The position numbers and the translations under genes are program-made. The notes under the pieces are model-generated. The model was not told the origin of the DNA. It made no database searches and worked only from the letters and a program-made list of their open reading frames with translations. From Phoronis australis (taxonomy: Eukaryota; Animalia; Phoronida): a DNA stretch of 64,000 bases. Below are positions 13,401 to 28,400 of the stretch, piece after piece (position 1 is the first letter of the stretch; the number at the start of each line of letters is the position of its first letter). The stretch lies in NCBI GenBank assembly GCA_002633005.1, contig NMRA01000550.1, forward strand, positions 222,328-286,327, read 5' to 3'.

Positions 13401-16400
13401 CGTAGTAACCAACCTCACACCTAAAAGGAAATAAACAACATCAGTGTAAACATGGGTCGGCCAGGACAGATAACAAAAAATACACTGAAAACAAGCTGCA
13501 AAAATACCGCAGTATAAGATCTGAAGTTGGTAAATGGATGTTTTCTGTCGTTCTGAAGTATCGCGTGGGAACACCTTACTTGCATGGTTAGGTAGTCCCC
13601 AGTACTAAGTAACAGAAATGTCTTGAAAAGATATGGTGAGTTATGTCAGACAACATTATTAACCAACAGATGTCACTTTTATCCATTAGGTCATACTCGA
13701 GCCTTTACACAGAACTATTGAACTCCGCTACGCCGGATACCGCATGCATACAAATGAGTGAGAAAGCTGTCAAGTATCTTTATTACAAATAGGGACAGAC
13801 ATAGAATTGAGTGACTTTTTACTGTAACTTATAAACTATAAGTACAACACATAAAATAGCTGACAACTGAGTTGATTTATACTGATACACAGATGACCTC
13901 CATCCACATGTCACTCACTTGTCACAGTTATCTCCTGTTGTGAAGTCTCTACAGCCCTCGCAGCGACCCGTTCGATCTTCACAAGTGTCCGCGTGCCCGT
14001 TACACTGACACGGACGACACGTCGGGAAGGAATAGTAGCCAGGCTGACAGCGGTCACACTGACGGCCGTAGATACCTGGCTGGCAGATACACAGGCCTGA
14101 CTGGATGTCACAGAAGTTGTCACGGGAACCACGGTTGTCACAGTTACAGGCTGCAATGAATGGATATGGTCAAAAGTTGTAGGAAAGTGCTGGCACAAAA
14201 ATATCCAGAAGTAATAAGCCTTCATGTTTTCAGCTGATACCTTTAATACGTACATGCTTTGCAACAATTAAGATTTTAACATTTGAACAACATATCTACG
14301 AAACATCATATCCACCAAACACCATATCCACCAATCACCATATCCACCAAACACCATATCCCCCAAACATCATATCCACCAAATATCATATCCACCAAAC
14401 ATCATATCTACCAAACATAATAAACACCAAACATCATATCTACCAAACATCACCTCACAGTAACTGTTCTTATTGGCTCACTATTTTTCTTACATGAATT
14501 AAGTAAATTCAATAAAGAACAAAACAACGAAAAGATGCATTCAGTCAAATTTTTCAAAATGTATTACTCCCTGCTCAGAACATAAACAAGGGGTGGTTAC
14601 CACATAACTATATACATACGTGTACATCCCCGAGGTCCGAAGCCATAAGTTCCCGGAGCACACTGGTCACATCGCCGTCCAATCACGTTGGGTTTACACT
14701 GACATTGACCTCCGAGGGACGCACACTCGGTACTTACAGATCCAGTGGGGTCACACTGGCAGTCTGGAATGTCGAGACATTGTTGTGAACCAATGTTATG
14801 GGTAGCAACAAACACGCAGAATAATGTTTTGAAATTGTAATGAATCAATGTTATGGGTAGTAAAAAGTAGTCCTGATACTCAAGAGAGCACCACCTGTTG
14901 GTATTCAAAGAAATACTGCAGCGCCATCTGGAGTGAATCCAAGATAATTGTGCATACCTGATGACAGTTATAACTAAGCACCAATGAATGAAGGCAATGC
15001 TAGACAACTGCTGCTGGAAGGCCATGACTGCTGACTGCGTTTTGCTTGACTTTTCGAATTACCTACCTAAAGCCTTCTCGTAAACCGTAGCACCAATACT
15101 GAAGATGAGCTGTTTACATATCTCAGGTAGCTGAAGTTTGTCCCGCCCGTTGAGTCTCAGCAGGAGGTCCTCACATTGGTATCTATTATACTCCTGGACT
15201 AGGTCGTCAGGGGCATTATCGGGCTTGAAGATGGAGAGGGAGGTGGGCACAGGAACCAAGATGATCTTTAAAGTAGGGTAGAGAAAGAGAATAATGCAGA
15301 CCACCAGGGATGTACGGACTTATAGTATCAACTTCAGTTTCATTGTAGCAAGTCTTTAGACCAACCCACTTGGGTATTAATTGCCACTGAGGTAATAAGG
15401 TTGAAATGGAGCAAAATTTTAATATAATCAATGCCTCCTGCAACAATGAAGATTAAACAAGCTACAACATGCTTTAGTCGGATTATTTTCTTGGCTGATT
15501 TTTTGGCAATGTAAGAAGTCAAAGCGCGGTCAGCATACAAGACTTTTGTAAGTATTATGTGTACACAAGTCATGCAGTATTCCTGGCATCACTTGAGCAG
15601 CATAAGTAGGTGAACTCCTACATACGCACCATAAAGGCCTGCCAGTCTAACCGCACTTACCGAATCGATAAGCATCATAGCATCTTTGGTTTCCCGATCA
15701 CTCTTGTAGCGGTTGAAATCCAATTTGATAGTGTACTTAACGCCCTTCTCTAAACAGGACGGTGGCGACACCGTGTAGAAGCGATTGACTGTAACACAAA
15801 GAGGGACCAGTTAGTGTCGCTCACTATCAGGGTGTCACAACAAACATGGGATAGAGCAGCACAGGGAATGGAGTGTCATGGTAACAGTGAATACTCTCAT
15901 CTTCACATGATACCAACTTCTGATTGGCTAGTTTTGTGCACAACATCATGAAATATTCACCAGAAGTCCAATCAAATTTCTGCATTAGGAATTCATTTGC
16001 ATAAATATGAGTATTTTGAGCTTTTTGTCTCTTGGCTAAAACGTTATTCAACGGACTATCCACTCTAATAACATGACATCGACAGTTTTGATCATACAGA
16101 GACAGTTCGGAAAAACGTGGGTGTGTGTATAAACACTCAGGGGGAGGTACAATAGATTGTTCAGAATTCTGCTGATCTCTGATGTTCATTAAGAAGGCAA
16201 AAAGTACAATCCAACACTCAGATACATGTCACACATTACAGGAAAAGGAAATGAATTAGATATTCTTTATACCCCCTTTAGTGATACAACTGGTTTTATT
16301 TAGACAAAATTCAACAAAAACTCTGAATTATGCCTACAGCGTAATATGCGTTTAAACTTTGCTGAACGTTTTTCGTCCTTTCTCCACACACTACACAAAT

Positions 16401-19400
16401 GGATTCAAATGATGTCTATGTTAACATAGACCATGAACCAGAGACACCTATTGACAAGAGTCGCATGCGAGGTTCAAGATATGTGAGTTTAGGACAGGTG
16501 AATAGACAAGAAGCGTCACCATGGTGACAGGTAGATATAACATGAGTGACAAGTAGGTCACCATGACAACATAACATACACAGAAACAGGTAGTAGTGCA
16601 GGGGTGTGGGGGAACAGGTAATCAAAGCCAGGTGTGAGCTCAACACAGCCAGTATTTTGTCAACGTTGCCAGCAGAGTCAGTAACTTGACGACATGGCTA
16701 GAACTCGGATATGAAACGTAAACCCTAACTAGTGTTTTGTAAGTAAGCAGTCAACTAATCAAAGACTAGGGAAATGGCTGCCACTGAAAAGTGACAGGAA
16801 GTTAAAGATAATGTTGCATTATGGGAAAGAGCTGTACACTAAACATTTTTACTGCAGCTAGTGTACGGCTAATGTTGTTTATCACACGCCAGTGTCAAAC
16901 ACACACAGTGAGGCATACTTTATAGTGAAAATCAACAGAAAACATGACCTGCAGGACAAATGTTAATACACAAGGACATTGTTAGTACATGGAGTGACAG
17001 TTATGACATACACAAGTCACGTGACATCAATCACATGACATCAGCCACATGACATCAGTCACATAACATCAGACATATGACATCAGTCACATGACATCAG
17101 TCACATGACATCAGTCACATGGGTGTGTCTGTCCATTACATGCTATAACCAATGGACAATATTATCACGTGTTGTCGTGTCTTCGTCACTAAATGAACTC
17201 ATGGTCAACTTAATCTCACACTTTAAGTCAGAAATGTTATAAACAAAGGTTGTTTCCGCAAAAGAACAAAAGATGCAAGAGCACAGCTGTTTAGAATTCA
17301 TCTAGAAAATAAAACAATAGCTCAAGCTCGCAATAATCACCAAGGACCGAGATGACAAACTTTACTGTTTCAAACTCAACCGAAATTTGACCTAGCACAT
17401 CCTGTCAAATTTCTAAGTTAATTCGAAGCATGCCCTGAGTCTGGTCAATTTTGAGTAGTGTCTTGAGACGACTTCAGTTTTATGGTCTCTGGTACATGTA
17501 GCAATTATTAAAGCTTTAGTTGGCTTCAGAGACGTAACGAACAAGTCACTAATCAAATTAACTGTTTCTAAATAAATGGGAGTCATCTGTGAGTAATGTG
17601 AGTCATTTAGTGGCCAGACTGGAGTAGCTAAACGCAACATGAACGTGAGCATGTACTTCTCACCCGGCAGCCCTAATGAAGACTCATCTCCTGTGAAGGG
17701 AGGATACAGTTATCAGCAATTATCCCCTGTTGTAGTCATTTATGACTATTTGGCCGTGAAAACTGTGAACAGTAGTTTTAAACATTGCCAAAATCTCCAA
17801 GTTCTACCAAAAATCAAGGTAGCAATCGTAAAGAAACATGGTGTGTCAGGTAAAAGTTTTTCTTGAAAATCTTGTGATTTCATCAACATTTTGACAACTA
17901 GCAGTTTTGGCAACTGTCCAAGATTTTCAAAAAACCCACAGTAACAGTTTACAAAAACAATTACAACACATAATAAATATCACAGATGTAGAATAAACAT
18001 CTTATATACACTTAACAAGCCATCTTAAGAGGAAAATCTGTTTCAACAACTTTAGAACAGCCTAACAGTGACTGACCAACTTGAGAAAGTGACATGAGGT
18101 AATGACCCAGACAGTGGTGGGTGCCCCCTACCTGAAGGTAGTCCTGTGGACTTGAAGTCATCCTGTGGTACATGGTTGGAGCATGGCCCCGTTTGGTCTA
18201 CTGGACCTGGCCGGATCACTGTCACGCGCACGTCATCCCAGATTTCTCTCATCTACAAAGAACATAAACATAGCACACAAGCACAGAAGAAAGTATGGCT
18301 GTCTATACCATTGGCGGAAGCCTTCTTGCAATGCAGGAATCCAATGCGCCCCATACATTTGTCCAATAGAGGATGCCTATGTCGTAATCCTGAATCCATG
18401 CCTCTCTAATTGAGTCCAGCCAAATAGACTGAACACAAACGTATCAACAATCAATGAATTGTTTCTCTACCAAGTTTTGAGCAACATTTCACCCTGTTTA
18501 GCTGGGCCGTGACTAAAAACAAAATCAAAATTAAGCTTTGCACTCTAAAAAAATGGTCTCATGTATTCCTATCCATGATAGGTGTCTCTTTCCGAAACAA
18601 CATAAAACTATCAGCGACTCCAGAAAACGCTTCAGAGTTTCTTGGGATTGGCCAACCCTGAAATTGCAAATTCGAAACTGGTGCATGTAAACATCACTTG
18701 TGAGTACAGCTAGCAGTAGACATGGAATCCTATCACAGCAACGAATATTGTGACACTGATTTGACACCAAAAGGCCTACCTCAATTTTCATTTTTAGCCA
18801 GCTCAACTAGGCGAACGAACGAACTTTAATTTGTGACTTACATCTAGAGCCCCTAGACCAAAAGCAGGGCACTGTTGTCCAGTTTAGTAACTACATGTAC
18901 TCAACAGTGAATGCTTTTTGGTGAATTGTACTTTTGATCTGACCAAAAGTACAATTAGTTACTACATTAGATAATTAAAGAATAGCTGAGGAAACTAGAA
19001 ACCACAAAATCAAAACGATGTTGGTAACACAACTACAAGCCAGTAAACCCAACAACATTGAAGCACACTTACCACACAAGACACAATCCTGGAGGCAGTG
19101 ATATATCAAACATCATACAGTACAAGGCAATATTCACATCATCTAATTGAAAAGTAATTTAAATAACCGTCTATAACATAACTAGAACACAAGTATTCGT
19201 AATCTGTCTGGACAAACAAATTAGTTGAGAACATAAAATAGTCCAGACTATGACAAGAATCATACATTGGTAGGCCAGTATATAAAACTATGATAAATCT
19301 TAAAACAGAATTGTCAGTTTCTTAGACGTTTATAGGTATTCTAATAATTCATAAATCACAGCAAGTGTCAACATACACCAGTGGATGCATCACTCAAATG

Positions 19401-22400
19401 TCATAAAAAATCAACAACTGAACAATAATGATTGTGTAATCATTCATCCGTGAAGAATGGCCCTGAACCCAGGTGCCTGTTATTTTGTGGTCATCAGTAT
19501 TCTAAATGCACATGAAGATTCGAACGAATACGTGCACATTTACTATCTGTCCTAAGAACTGCTTAATGCTAGTGAACGTTGGCTTTGTAAAGAATTATAA
19601 GAAATTAATGATCAAAGTTTGAATTTTGAGGTAATAGTCTACACTTTTTACCAAGGATTCAATTTCTTAATTAATTTTTAAGTATTAATAGTAGACTTCA
19701 GTGGCAGATTTGAGGGGGGCTAAGGAGGCCATGGCCCCCTAAAATTCTCTCATATTCCATTTGGCACTTCAGGGGTGCGAATGTCTGACGGGCAAAATCC
19801 TGGATAATACTCTGCCCTGCTCTCCCCCCAACTCAAAATTCTGGATCTGCCCCTCGACTTATAAAACTATATTTTTTAAAATCCTTGATGATCACAGAAT
19901 CATATTGAATGCACAAAAGCAATGCACAGATGTCCATAATTTCGTGATTGCATTTTTCTCAAAAATTATGATCTTTCCCGGAGATGGCTGTTTTTTCTAT
20001 AAACATGAGTTTTTCAATTACATTAGCATATTCTGTTTCTTTATTCTGTTACCTACAAAGGCATGCCTCTTGCCTCTTAGCCCAAGAGCTCGGTTGTCAA
20101 AAAGCAAGACTGTCGTTTTCATTTTTGACAGCGCAGTTGACAGGCTAAAAGACAAATAACGAAAACCTCAGAATGAAGAAATAGAATTTGCAAGTTTCAG
20201 GCAAAAAAATTCCAGTTTGTGGAAATTGTGATGATCTCTCCATAAAAGCAAGATTATAAAAATGTGGACATTACTTATGTGCACATACCATTCTGCACTC
20301 ATAAAGATTTTAAAATTATACAGTTTTATGAATCTACATTAATACTTAAAAGTAGTTACTTAAGAAATTTTGTCCTTGGTAACGAAGGTAGTCATAATTA
20401 TCGCTTAGTATAGAATTAGATTGGTCATTACAACAGCTTTGTATTATTCACATTACTTGTGCTTCACATTACATATGCTTCACATTACATAATTATGCTT
20501 CACATTACATAATTATGCTTCACATTACATAATTATGCTTCACATTACATAATTATGCTTCACATTACATAATTATGCTTCACATTACATAATTATGCTT
20601 CACATTACATAATTATGCTTCACATTGCATATGCTTCACATTACATAATTATGCTTCACATTGCATATGCTTCACATTACATAATTATGCTTCACATTGC
20701 ATATTCTTCACATTACATAATTATGCTTCACATTGCATATTCTTCACATTACATAATTATGCTTCACATTGCATATTCTTCACATTACATAATTATGCTT
20801 CACATTGCATATTCTTCACATTACATAATTATGCTTCACATTGCATATGCTTCACATTACCTGTGGTTCGTATCTGATGACAATGTGGTAAAACATAGAA
20901 GATGGTATGTCATCAATCGTGAACTCCAGAGTGTCACCCTCCGTGACCTTCATGAACCCAGGACCAGTCCAGGTCATAGGTCGGCCAGGGGTCGGCTCAC
21001 GGATCACAATCTGAGTGTTCTGTAAACAAACAGTGCCAGTAATGTTGTGTTGATATTACACTTAATCATTTGATGGAATGAATTGTGGCAGAAAACAATG
21101 ATTAAATAATAATTATTATTTTCATTATGTAAGCAATTATACGCATTGTAATTTGAGGACAAGAACAAAGATACTATGTGTGGAAATAACAACAGAAAAA
21201 TGTTGGTAAATTGTTTGCATTACAAACAACAGGATACTTGCAAAAAGGTTAATTTGGATTTACAAAAAAGAAATGAGCAGTAAAAATTGCATTTTGCAAG
21301 ATAAATGTCTCATTTAGAGATGCCTAGTTGAATGTACTCCTCGACAGAAAGAATAAAAAACTCAAGCATCTAAATAAAGAATAGCCACATGTTCTTAAAT
21401 GACAGCATTCTTAGAGTTTTGATTACTTATGGAAATCAACACTGCTCAGCAACTGATAAAACTATCATGTGAGTGTCACATGACCATCACATGACCTCCC
21501 ACAGTAGTCAACACATACCCCTGTGCCGAGTGCGTATTCTGCTTCATAGGCCAAGAAATCAAGGTACGTGATAAAGTAGCCAGGGCGTGGCTGGTCACAT
21601 CGACGGCCAATGATGTTCGGACGACAACTGCACTGACCAGTCACCGCATCACAGTCGTTGCCATAGGCACCACCGATGTCACAGTCACATGGTTTGCAGC
21701 CAAACTCATCCTCGCTCAAACCCCAGTACTCCGCCTATAGCAACACAAAATAAAATAATGTAGAAAACTTGAACTTTACCATACAAATAAAAATAAAGTT
21801 CCTTGTAAGGACTGTATACACAAACACTTAGGGGTGACATATTTACAAACACACTTATGGTAGAGCAGAATAAAGCATTATCAAGTAGACGTGTTTAGAC
21901 TAAATATTGAAATAAACAATAAAAAATGTGAGATTTTAAAGTTAGTTTTGCAAAATCACTCACAAAAAAGAAAACTAGCCAAGAGATGGCAGCACATTTG
22001 GATGAAGAGGAGTCTGTTTATGCTACCCCCAATACTATTTTTCCGTTCTACCATACGACAGAGTATAAAACTACAGAAGACCTACCATGCACGTGTCACA
22101 GTAGCGGCCCGTCACGTAACGCTTGCATTCACATTCACCAGACAACTTGTTGCAGCCATAGTTACCCACAGTTCCCAGACGACTACAAGCGCACTCTAGT
22201 GAACAAAAAAGAATACAATTACTATACAAACAACATAGTTAATGTATAATCCAACAATTTCTCACCTGCAAGCTGAATATAATATTGCAGGGGTGAATAG
22301 TGTCTTACATTTTAGCAAAAATATGTAAGGATTTACCAAGAGCACCAAAAAGCTGACAATATCAGAAAAGGAAAAATTTCGTAAGAGGAAAATCAATTTC

Positions 22401-25400
22401 TTGTCATCATTTACACAGCAATAATACATCATGTTCAAGATGGTTTTCCTCTTCTCAGCTCCTCACTTTGACTGGTGCCCACCACTACTGACCACTCTTT
22501 CCTTGGAGTCCCCTACTGACCCTCACACCCTCGACTGATATCCCCTAGTGACCCTTGTATCCTTGACTGGAGTCCCCTACTGACCCTCACACCCTTGACT
22601 GATATCCCCTAGCGACCCTTGTACTATTGACTGGAGTCCCCCTACTGATCATCACACCCTTGACCTTCAAACCCTTGACCGGTGTCCCCTTAAGACCCTT
22701 GTCTACTTGACTGGTGTCCCTACTGACCCTCACACACTTGATTGGTATCCCCTACTGACCCTCACATCCCTTGAACAGAGTCCCCAACTGACCTTCACAT
22801 CCATCAGGGTTGTCAGGCGTCAGGTTCCAGTATCCATCCTGGCAGACATCACACCTGTCTCCCGTCACAAACCGCTTACAGATACACCTGCCCGCCACCA
22901 GGTCGTTGAACACGTCCGTCTCCTGTTCACACTCGCCACCATTCTCCGCACCAATAGGATCACAGTTACAAGCTGCAACAATACGGGAATCAAGCTGATC
23001 AACTTGGCTGTTACATTCAGACTGTGCAAGAGATTTGTAATGCAAATGGTTGATCCAAGTTAATATTGCTAATTTAAAAATAAGCTCTAGACTGCGCCAA
23101 GTGAGAAGTTAAAACATTGCAACAAAGGTGACTACAGGCGTGCCTAAGGGCTTTCAACACATTCACTTAACACAAGGAGGTACTGTGCTGTGCAGTCCAC
23201 CATATTCAAAACCATTTCTTTAATTACATGATGAAGTCTAATTCAATGTTGGATTTTTAGTCTTGTATTTTATACGACAAGAAGTAAACACATTACTACA
23301 TAAAACCCCGAGGGAGAAATAAACACAAAAACCAATTATACGTTTTACTCACGCTGACAGATGAGAGGATCGCGAATGTCTCGTCGTGGGTCCTTGTAGA
23401 AAAATGGCTGGCATTCTTCACAATTTCGACCCATCGTGTTATGTTGACAGTCGTCACACACACCACCACTTACATTACCAGAGGCTGCATACACGGCTGC
23501 ATCGAAGTGACACCTGGAGGCATGGCTGTTACAGTTGCATCCTGGCAAAAAGAAGGGAACGTCAGTGCGAATTTTTTCAATGAATTTCTGTAGTTCCTAT
23601 AGAATGAAAACTCTTTGTATTAAAGTACCCGGGATGTCACTCATATTGACAAAGTGCAAGCAGGCGTGTACCAAAAAAATTTTGGTACACGCCAGCAGGT
23701 ACTTTGTCAATATGAGTGACACCCCAAGATTAAAGTACAAAGTTCTGGAATACAGAGAGCTAGTTTCTCGTCAATGCCTGACCAACTGAACCTGAACAAG
23801 AATGCACTATTCCTTCAGTCGTGGTTGAACTGCCTGGAATGACATATTTTCCACCAGGAGTCTCTCTCGCTGACATGTAAGGCAGTAATAAACCCGCATT
23901 CCATCAAACAGACATTGGCGGTTTTATGGCTGAAAAACACATGTTTAACCTGTGTTGATTCATTTCTTTTAAAACGTTTAAGGTGCGTATATCTGAACTT
24001 GTACTTCAACTTATATTTTCCACAAATGTCTTGAAATATCTGTGCAGTAACTGTGTCACGTGCCCATTTAATAACCTAGACCTGGACAAGAGTTGGCAAA
24101 AAATTAGGATTGAAACTTGAATCCATTGAATAAATAGGTTAACCTACACGCGTTTTATATTGGTGAATGCTATTACCTTTGGTTGCTATGCTGACAAAGT
24201 ATTGTGAAGACAGCAACCAAAGCTAATAACATTATCCCATATAAAACATGTAAATTAATATATATTTACTATAAAGGATATATAGCAAAGAAGCTAAATG
24301 TCACCTCAGCAACTATATAGGATCTCATATAAATCAATATAGGTTTTCATACAAAACAATATAGGTTCTCATATAAACCAATGTAGGTTCCCATATAAAC
24401 CAATATAGGTTCTCATATAAACCAATATAGGCTCTCGTATAAACCAATATAGGTTCTCAAATATTAAAAGCAATATAGGTTCTCAAATATTAAAAGCAAT
24501 ATAGGTTCCCATACCTACTAATATGATAGCAAACTTACACTTAATTTTCTACAGCAGTGAGATTAAGATTGAGAAGTAGAAGATAAATAAGAAAATTTCA
24601 CATAAAGCACCCCATTGTGCATTCACTTTTTATCTGTTAACAAGTCATCCATCCTATAAATCAGCCGCATCCTATAAATCAGCTGTGCCTCCCTAAATAA
24701 TAAACCCATTGATTCAGGCCCAAAGGTCACACAATGAGGAAAACACAGGTCAACTACCATGTGTTCTATATGATAATAAAGAGATGGTGACATCAGGCCT
24801 GGTCAGTTATACTGGACATTAGTGACCATAAACTGGACATTACTAGACTTACATCATAGGCAAATAAAAAGTAGGAAAAATCACTCACACATGGAGAGTG
24901 GAACAGAGGCAGCACAAGAAGTGACTATTTTGAAATACTTTCGATAAATGAAAAATTGACAAAGTCTGGGATAAATTATTAACACCAAAATAAATGCTTG
25001 TGCAGTTCAAGCTATATATTTTTCTTTCCTTGTTTTTCTCACCTCAGGAACATTAAAAACACCAACCTCTCAAAATGTGGGTCAATCGTATTTAATGCAT
25101 GTTTCCTACCTGCACGATGCAGGAGTGATGAACTTGACAATTCACCAGACAGAGGGACCAGTTAGATGACCGAGAACAATTATCAAAATTTGAAAAATTT
25201 AGAAAAACAAAATAAGCCCATTGCTTCATTAAAACTTTCCAGTATTTTTCAAATGTCACATTTAGAACATTTATTGACAAGTTATTATTATGTAAGAAGC
25301 ATCTGGATTTTCAACTAGCCATCTATTTCTGCAAAACTGCTATTTTTCAATCAGGGTAAAAATTGTTCAAATTGTCATTTCTAATTTCAAAGTCACTACA

Positions 25401-28400
25401 CTGTGCAAACTCAATTTTTTCCATGCGTTGTTTGGAAACATCTGTAGTTCACTGTACAAACCACGCATGCAGTTAAGGAAAATTGTCTAAACATTAATTT
25501 TCGTTGAGAGATGTGAAATTCGACTTCTACATCACATCATGTCTTAAATTAAAGAAGTTTTACTACACTGGAAATTTTGTAACACAAGGAAAAGCAGCAC
25601 TTACTTCTACAAGCGTTGGTGAGGTTGCCAACGGCCGGTCTCCAAGGCAAATCATTGTAGAAGTCTTCGCACTGTTCGCAGTTGAATCCCTTGGTATTGT
25701 GGGTACACTCACATTTCCCATGAACCTGTAAAGAATTACAGTCAACCCGTCAGGTGCAATATCAACCAAATAAGAAACTGTTCCATAACAAACAATGTGT
25801 TTCCTGCACTATGACTCATGGTCTGAGGTTCCACTGCAAACTTTTCTATATAAATTTCAGAAAATGAAGGAGAGTATGGCACAAATTTTGGTCCAAAACC
25901 ATCAAGCTTTCACTCCAGACTGCATCCCAGAACTGATCAATCATGCGGAACACTTTTGAGTTAACTTTTAATTTCACACAAAGTGATTGGTCAAAATAGT
26001 CCAGTCGAGTTGGGAATAAAGTTGGTTGGTATTCAGCAAAGCTGACAGGTCTGTGCATCAGCAGAGTTGGTTGCGAATCCTAGGACACAACATGCCGCCG
26101 GCAGAAGAGCATAAAGCACCGGCAGAAGAGCACAAAGTGTTGACACCAGCGCACAAGTGTCCATACAGAACATTGGCTCGATGTTCAACCCCCATCTCTA
26201 ATGTCTGACACAAAGGCGCCCTCGCAAAACACATTCACGCAGCACAATACATTCATTGATGGTGCTCTCCTCAACAGAGACTGCATACAACCTTCAACAA
26301 AGACAAGACCAGGAGCACACATAGAGCCCTCATGTCCCACCAACTGTTGATCTGTTCACAAGCTTCACACAACTGACAGTGATTGGAGGAGCAGATAGAT
26401 ACAGTACAAGTGGACCACGAATGTTTACTTAGGTCTTGTTTATAGTCGGGAAGCCTCTGACCCATTACATGTTCATCAAGTCTGTAAAGACAGGCTGAAG
26501 GTGGCCATGGAATGTTCTTGTTCACTGCATACTGATGACACATGACACAAGTTCACACTAGGAACCATGTCATAAAAACATGACCGATGACTGGTCTAGC
26601 CCAGCTCCCAAGCATTGACCTACTAACAATGAGACACAGCCATGAGGTAGAGCCCGGCTTAGACATCAAGACGCAAGCAACGTAATGCAAGAAAGGAGAA
26701 CATTTTACCCACAAGGCTTCACTTCCATCAGGTGCTTCCTGGTTTTTGTCACAATGTTCTTAGATTGTATTAAATGAAGCTCATTCATATCAAATGTGGG
26801 TCACAATACGCATGCTCACACACAAAAAAGTTTTCATGCATAACACGTGACACTTTTTCCTCTATAGTAAAATCTCACCAATTTATGACACAATATGGCA
26901 AAGGAGAAGCGATTTATTTACCACATCATTCACAAAATTAAGTAGCGCCAAATAAAGACATAAATATCAACCAATACGGGAATTACGTATTTGTTGCGTA
27001 TTTAATCATTTCTGCAGCGCTATGGCGTGGCGCCAAAATACAACGTATTTTCGTTAATTAAAACAGATTCTGGTTTTTACAGGCAATCTCTTTTGTCGAA
27101 ATAATCTCATATCACAAGCCTTGCTCGACAGGGCCAAAGGAGTTACCAAGGAGTATTACAACACTCACAGTTACGAGATGTAAGAGCTCCTAATAGGTAA
27201 GTAGGTACATGCAATGCATTTTGACATTTGACCATATTTTGACTCATTTTCATTAGTGCTATTATTTTCTAAGGTTTTTTACAAAAAAAATGCTACGGTT
27301 AGAGCAAAAAAGAGTTGACATGTATGTAAAAGCTTTGTCATTTTTTTTTAAGTTCAAGCAAACAACACCTTCCATCAGACAATTATGGGCAATAACAACA
27401 ACAACAACAGTAAAAATCTTTGAAAAACAAAAAAGACCAGGGGCCTGTTCCAAGAAATTGACTTTAAGTTCATTTTTGACTTAAGTCTAAGATTTGTCTT
27501 AACTTCCAAACTTTGACACTTCCACGTTTGGAAAGTTAGTCAAAATTAAGGCAAAACGTAGGTCATACACTTAAGTCAAACTTAAGATCTCTTTCTTGAT
27601 TTGCTTTTAAGACAAATTTAACTTTTATTTTAAAATTTAGTAACTAAAATTTAAGATTTGTCTTAGCTAAGTCAGTTTTGTTGGAACGGGTCCCAGCATT
27701 TCAATTAGTTTTTACTGAAATTGGCGAGACTGCTTTAGCACAGGGTGGCAGTAGTTACACAGATTACCACAGGGTGGTAGTAGTTGTGCTGCTGTGCAGC
27801 CATTGTTTACTAGAAGAGAAAACAAACCACAGCTTTGAAGAGCAAATATGAGGCTGACATAATTACTGGAAGAAGTTAATTGCCAAGCCCATTACTTATG
27901 AAGCTTAGAGATTTCATTGCTCTTTATCTGGTACTGCTTGATAAAACTGAGTGTTGAACTGTCCACCAGTTAAGACTTGACTTAGTCAGACATTGAATAT
28001 GTTACATATTTATCCATACACTGGAGAAGTCTAGTACAATCGAGCATTTTTTCATTGAGAGTGCCACCTAGGGCCTGTTTCATGAAAAGCGACTTAAGAC
28101 TTAAGTTAGAATTTGGTCTCCACAACTATTTCTGAAAAATAATCAAACCTCACTTGAACAGAAGTGACAAGTCTCTGAGAACACACAAATACCTACTAGT
28201 TATATTTCTCTAAATCATTTCAAGTGTCTGAGAACACACAAATACCTACCAGTTATATTTCTCTAAATCATTTCAAGTGTCTGAGAACACACAAATACCT
28301 ACTAGTTATATTTCTCTAAATCATTTCAAGACTGCAATGCCTCCACAATTACTTGGCTTAACCTTTACTCAGCAATTGTGAAACGGGAGCGTCAGGCCAA

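Noticed and set aside
20615-21025. + strand ORF with [12 protein letters not shown] repeats
   Set aside because: Translation of a minisatellite plus the antisense of a laminin exon.
26033-26173. Minus-strand 46-aa hydrophobic ORF ([29 protein letters not shown]...) as an alternative signal-peptide exon
   Set aside because: No convincing phase-0 donor to join 25725, it ends in a stop, and part of the hydrophobicity comes from a 21-bp duplication.
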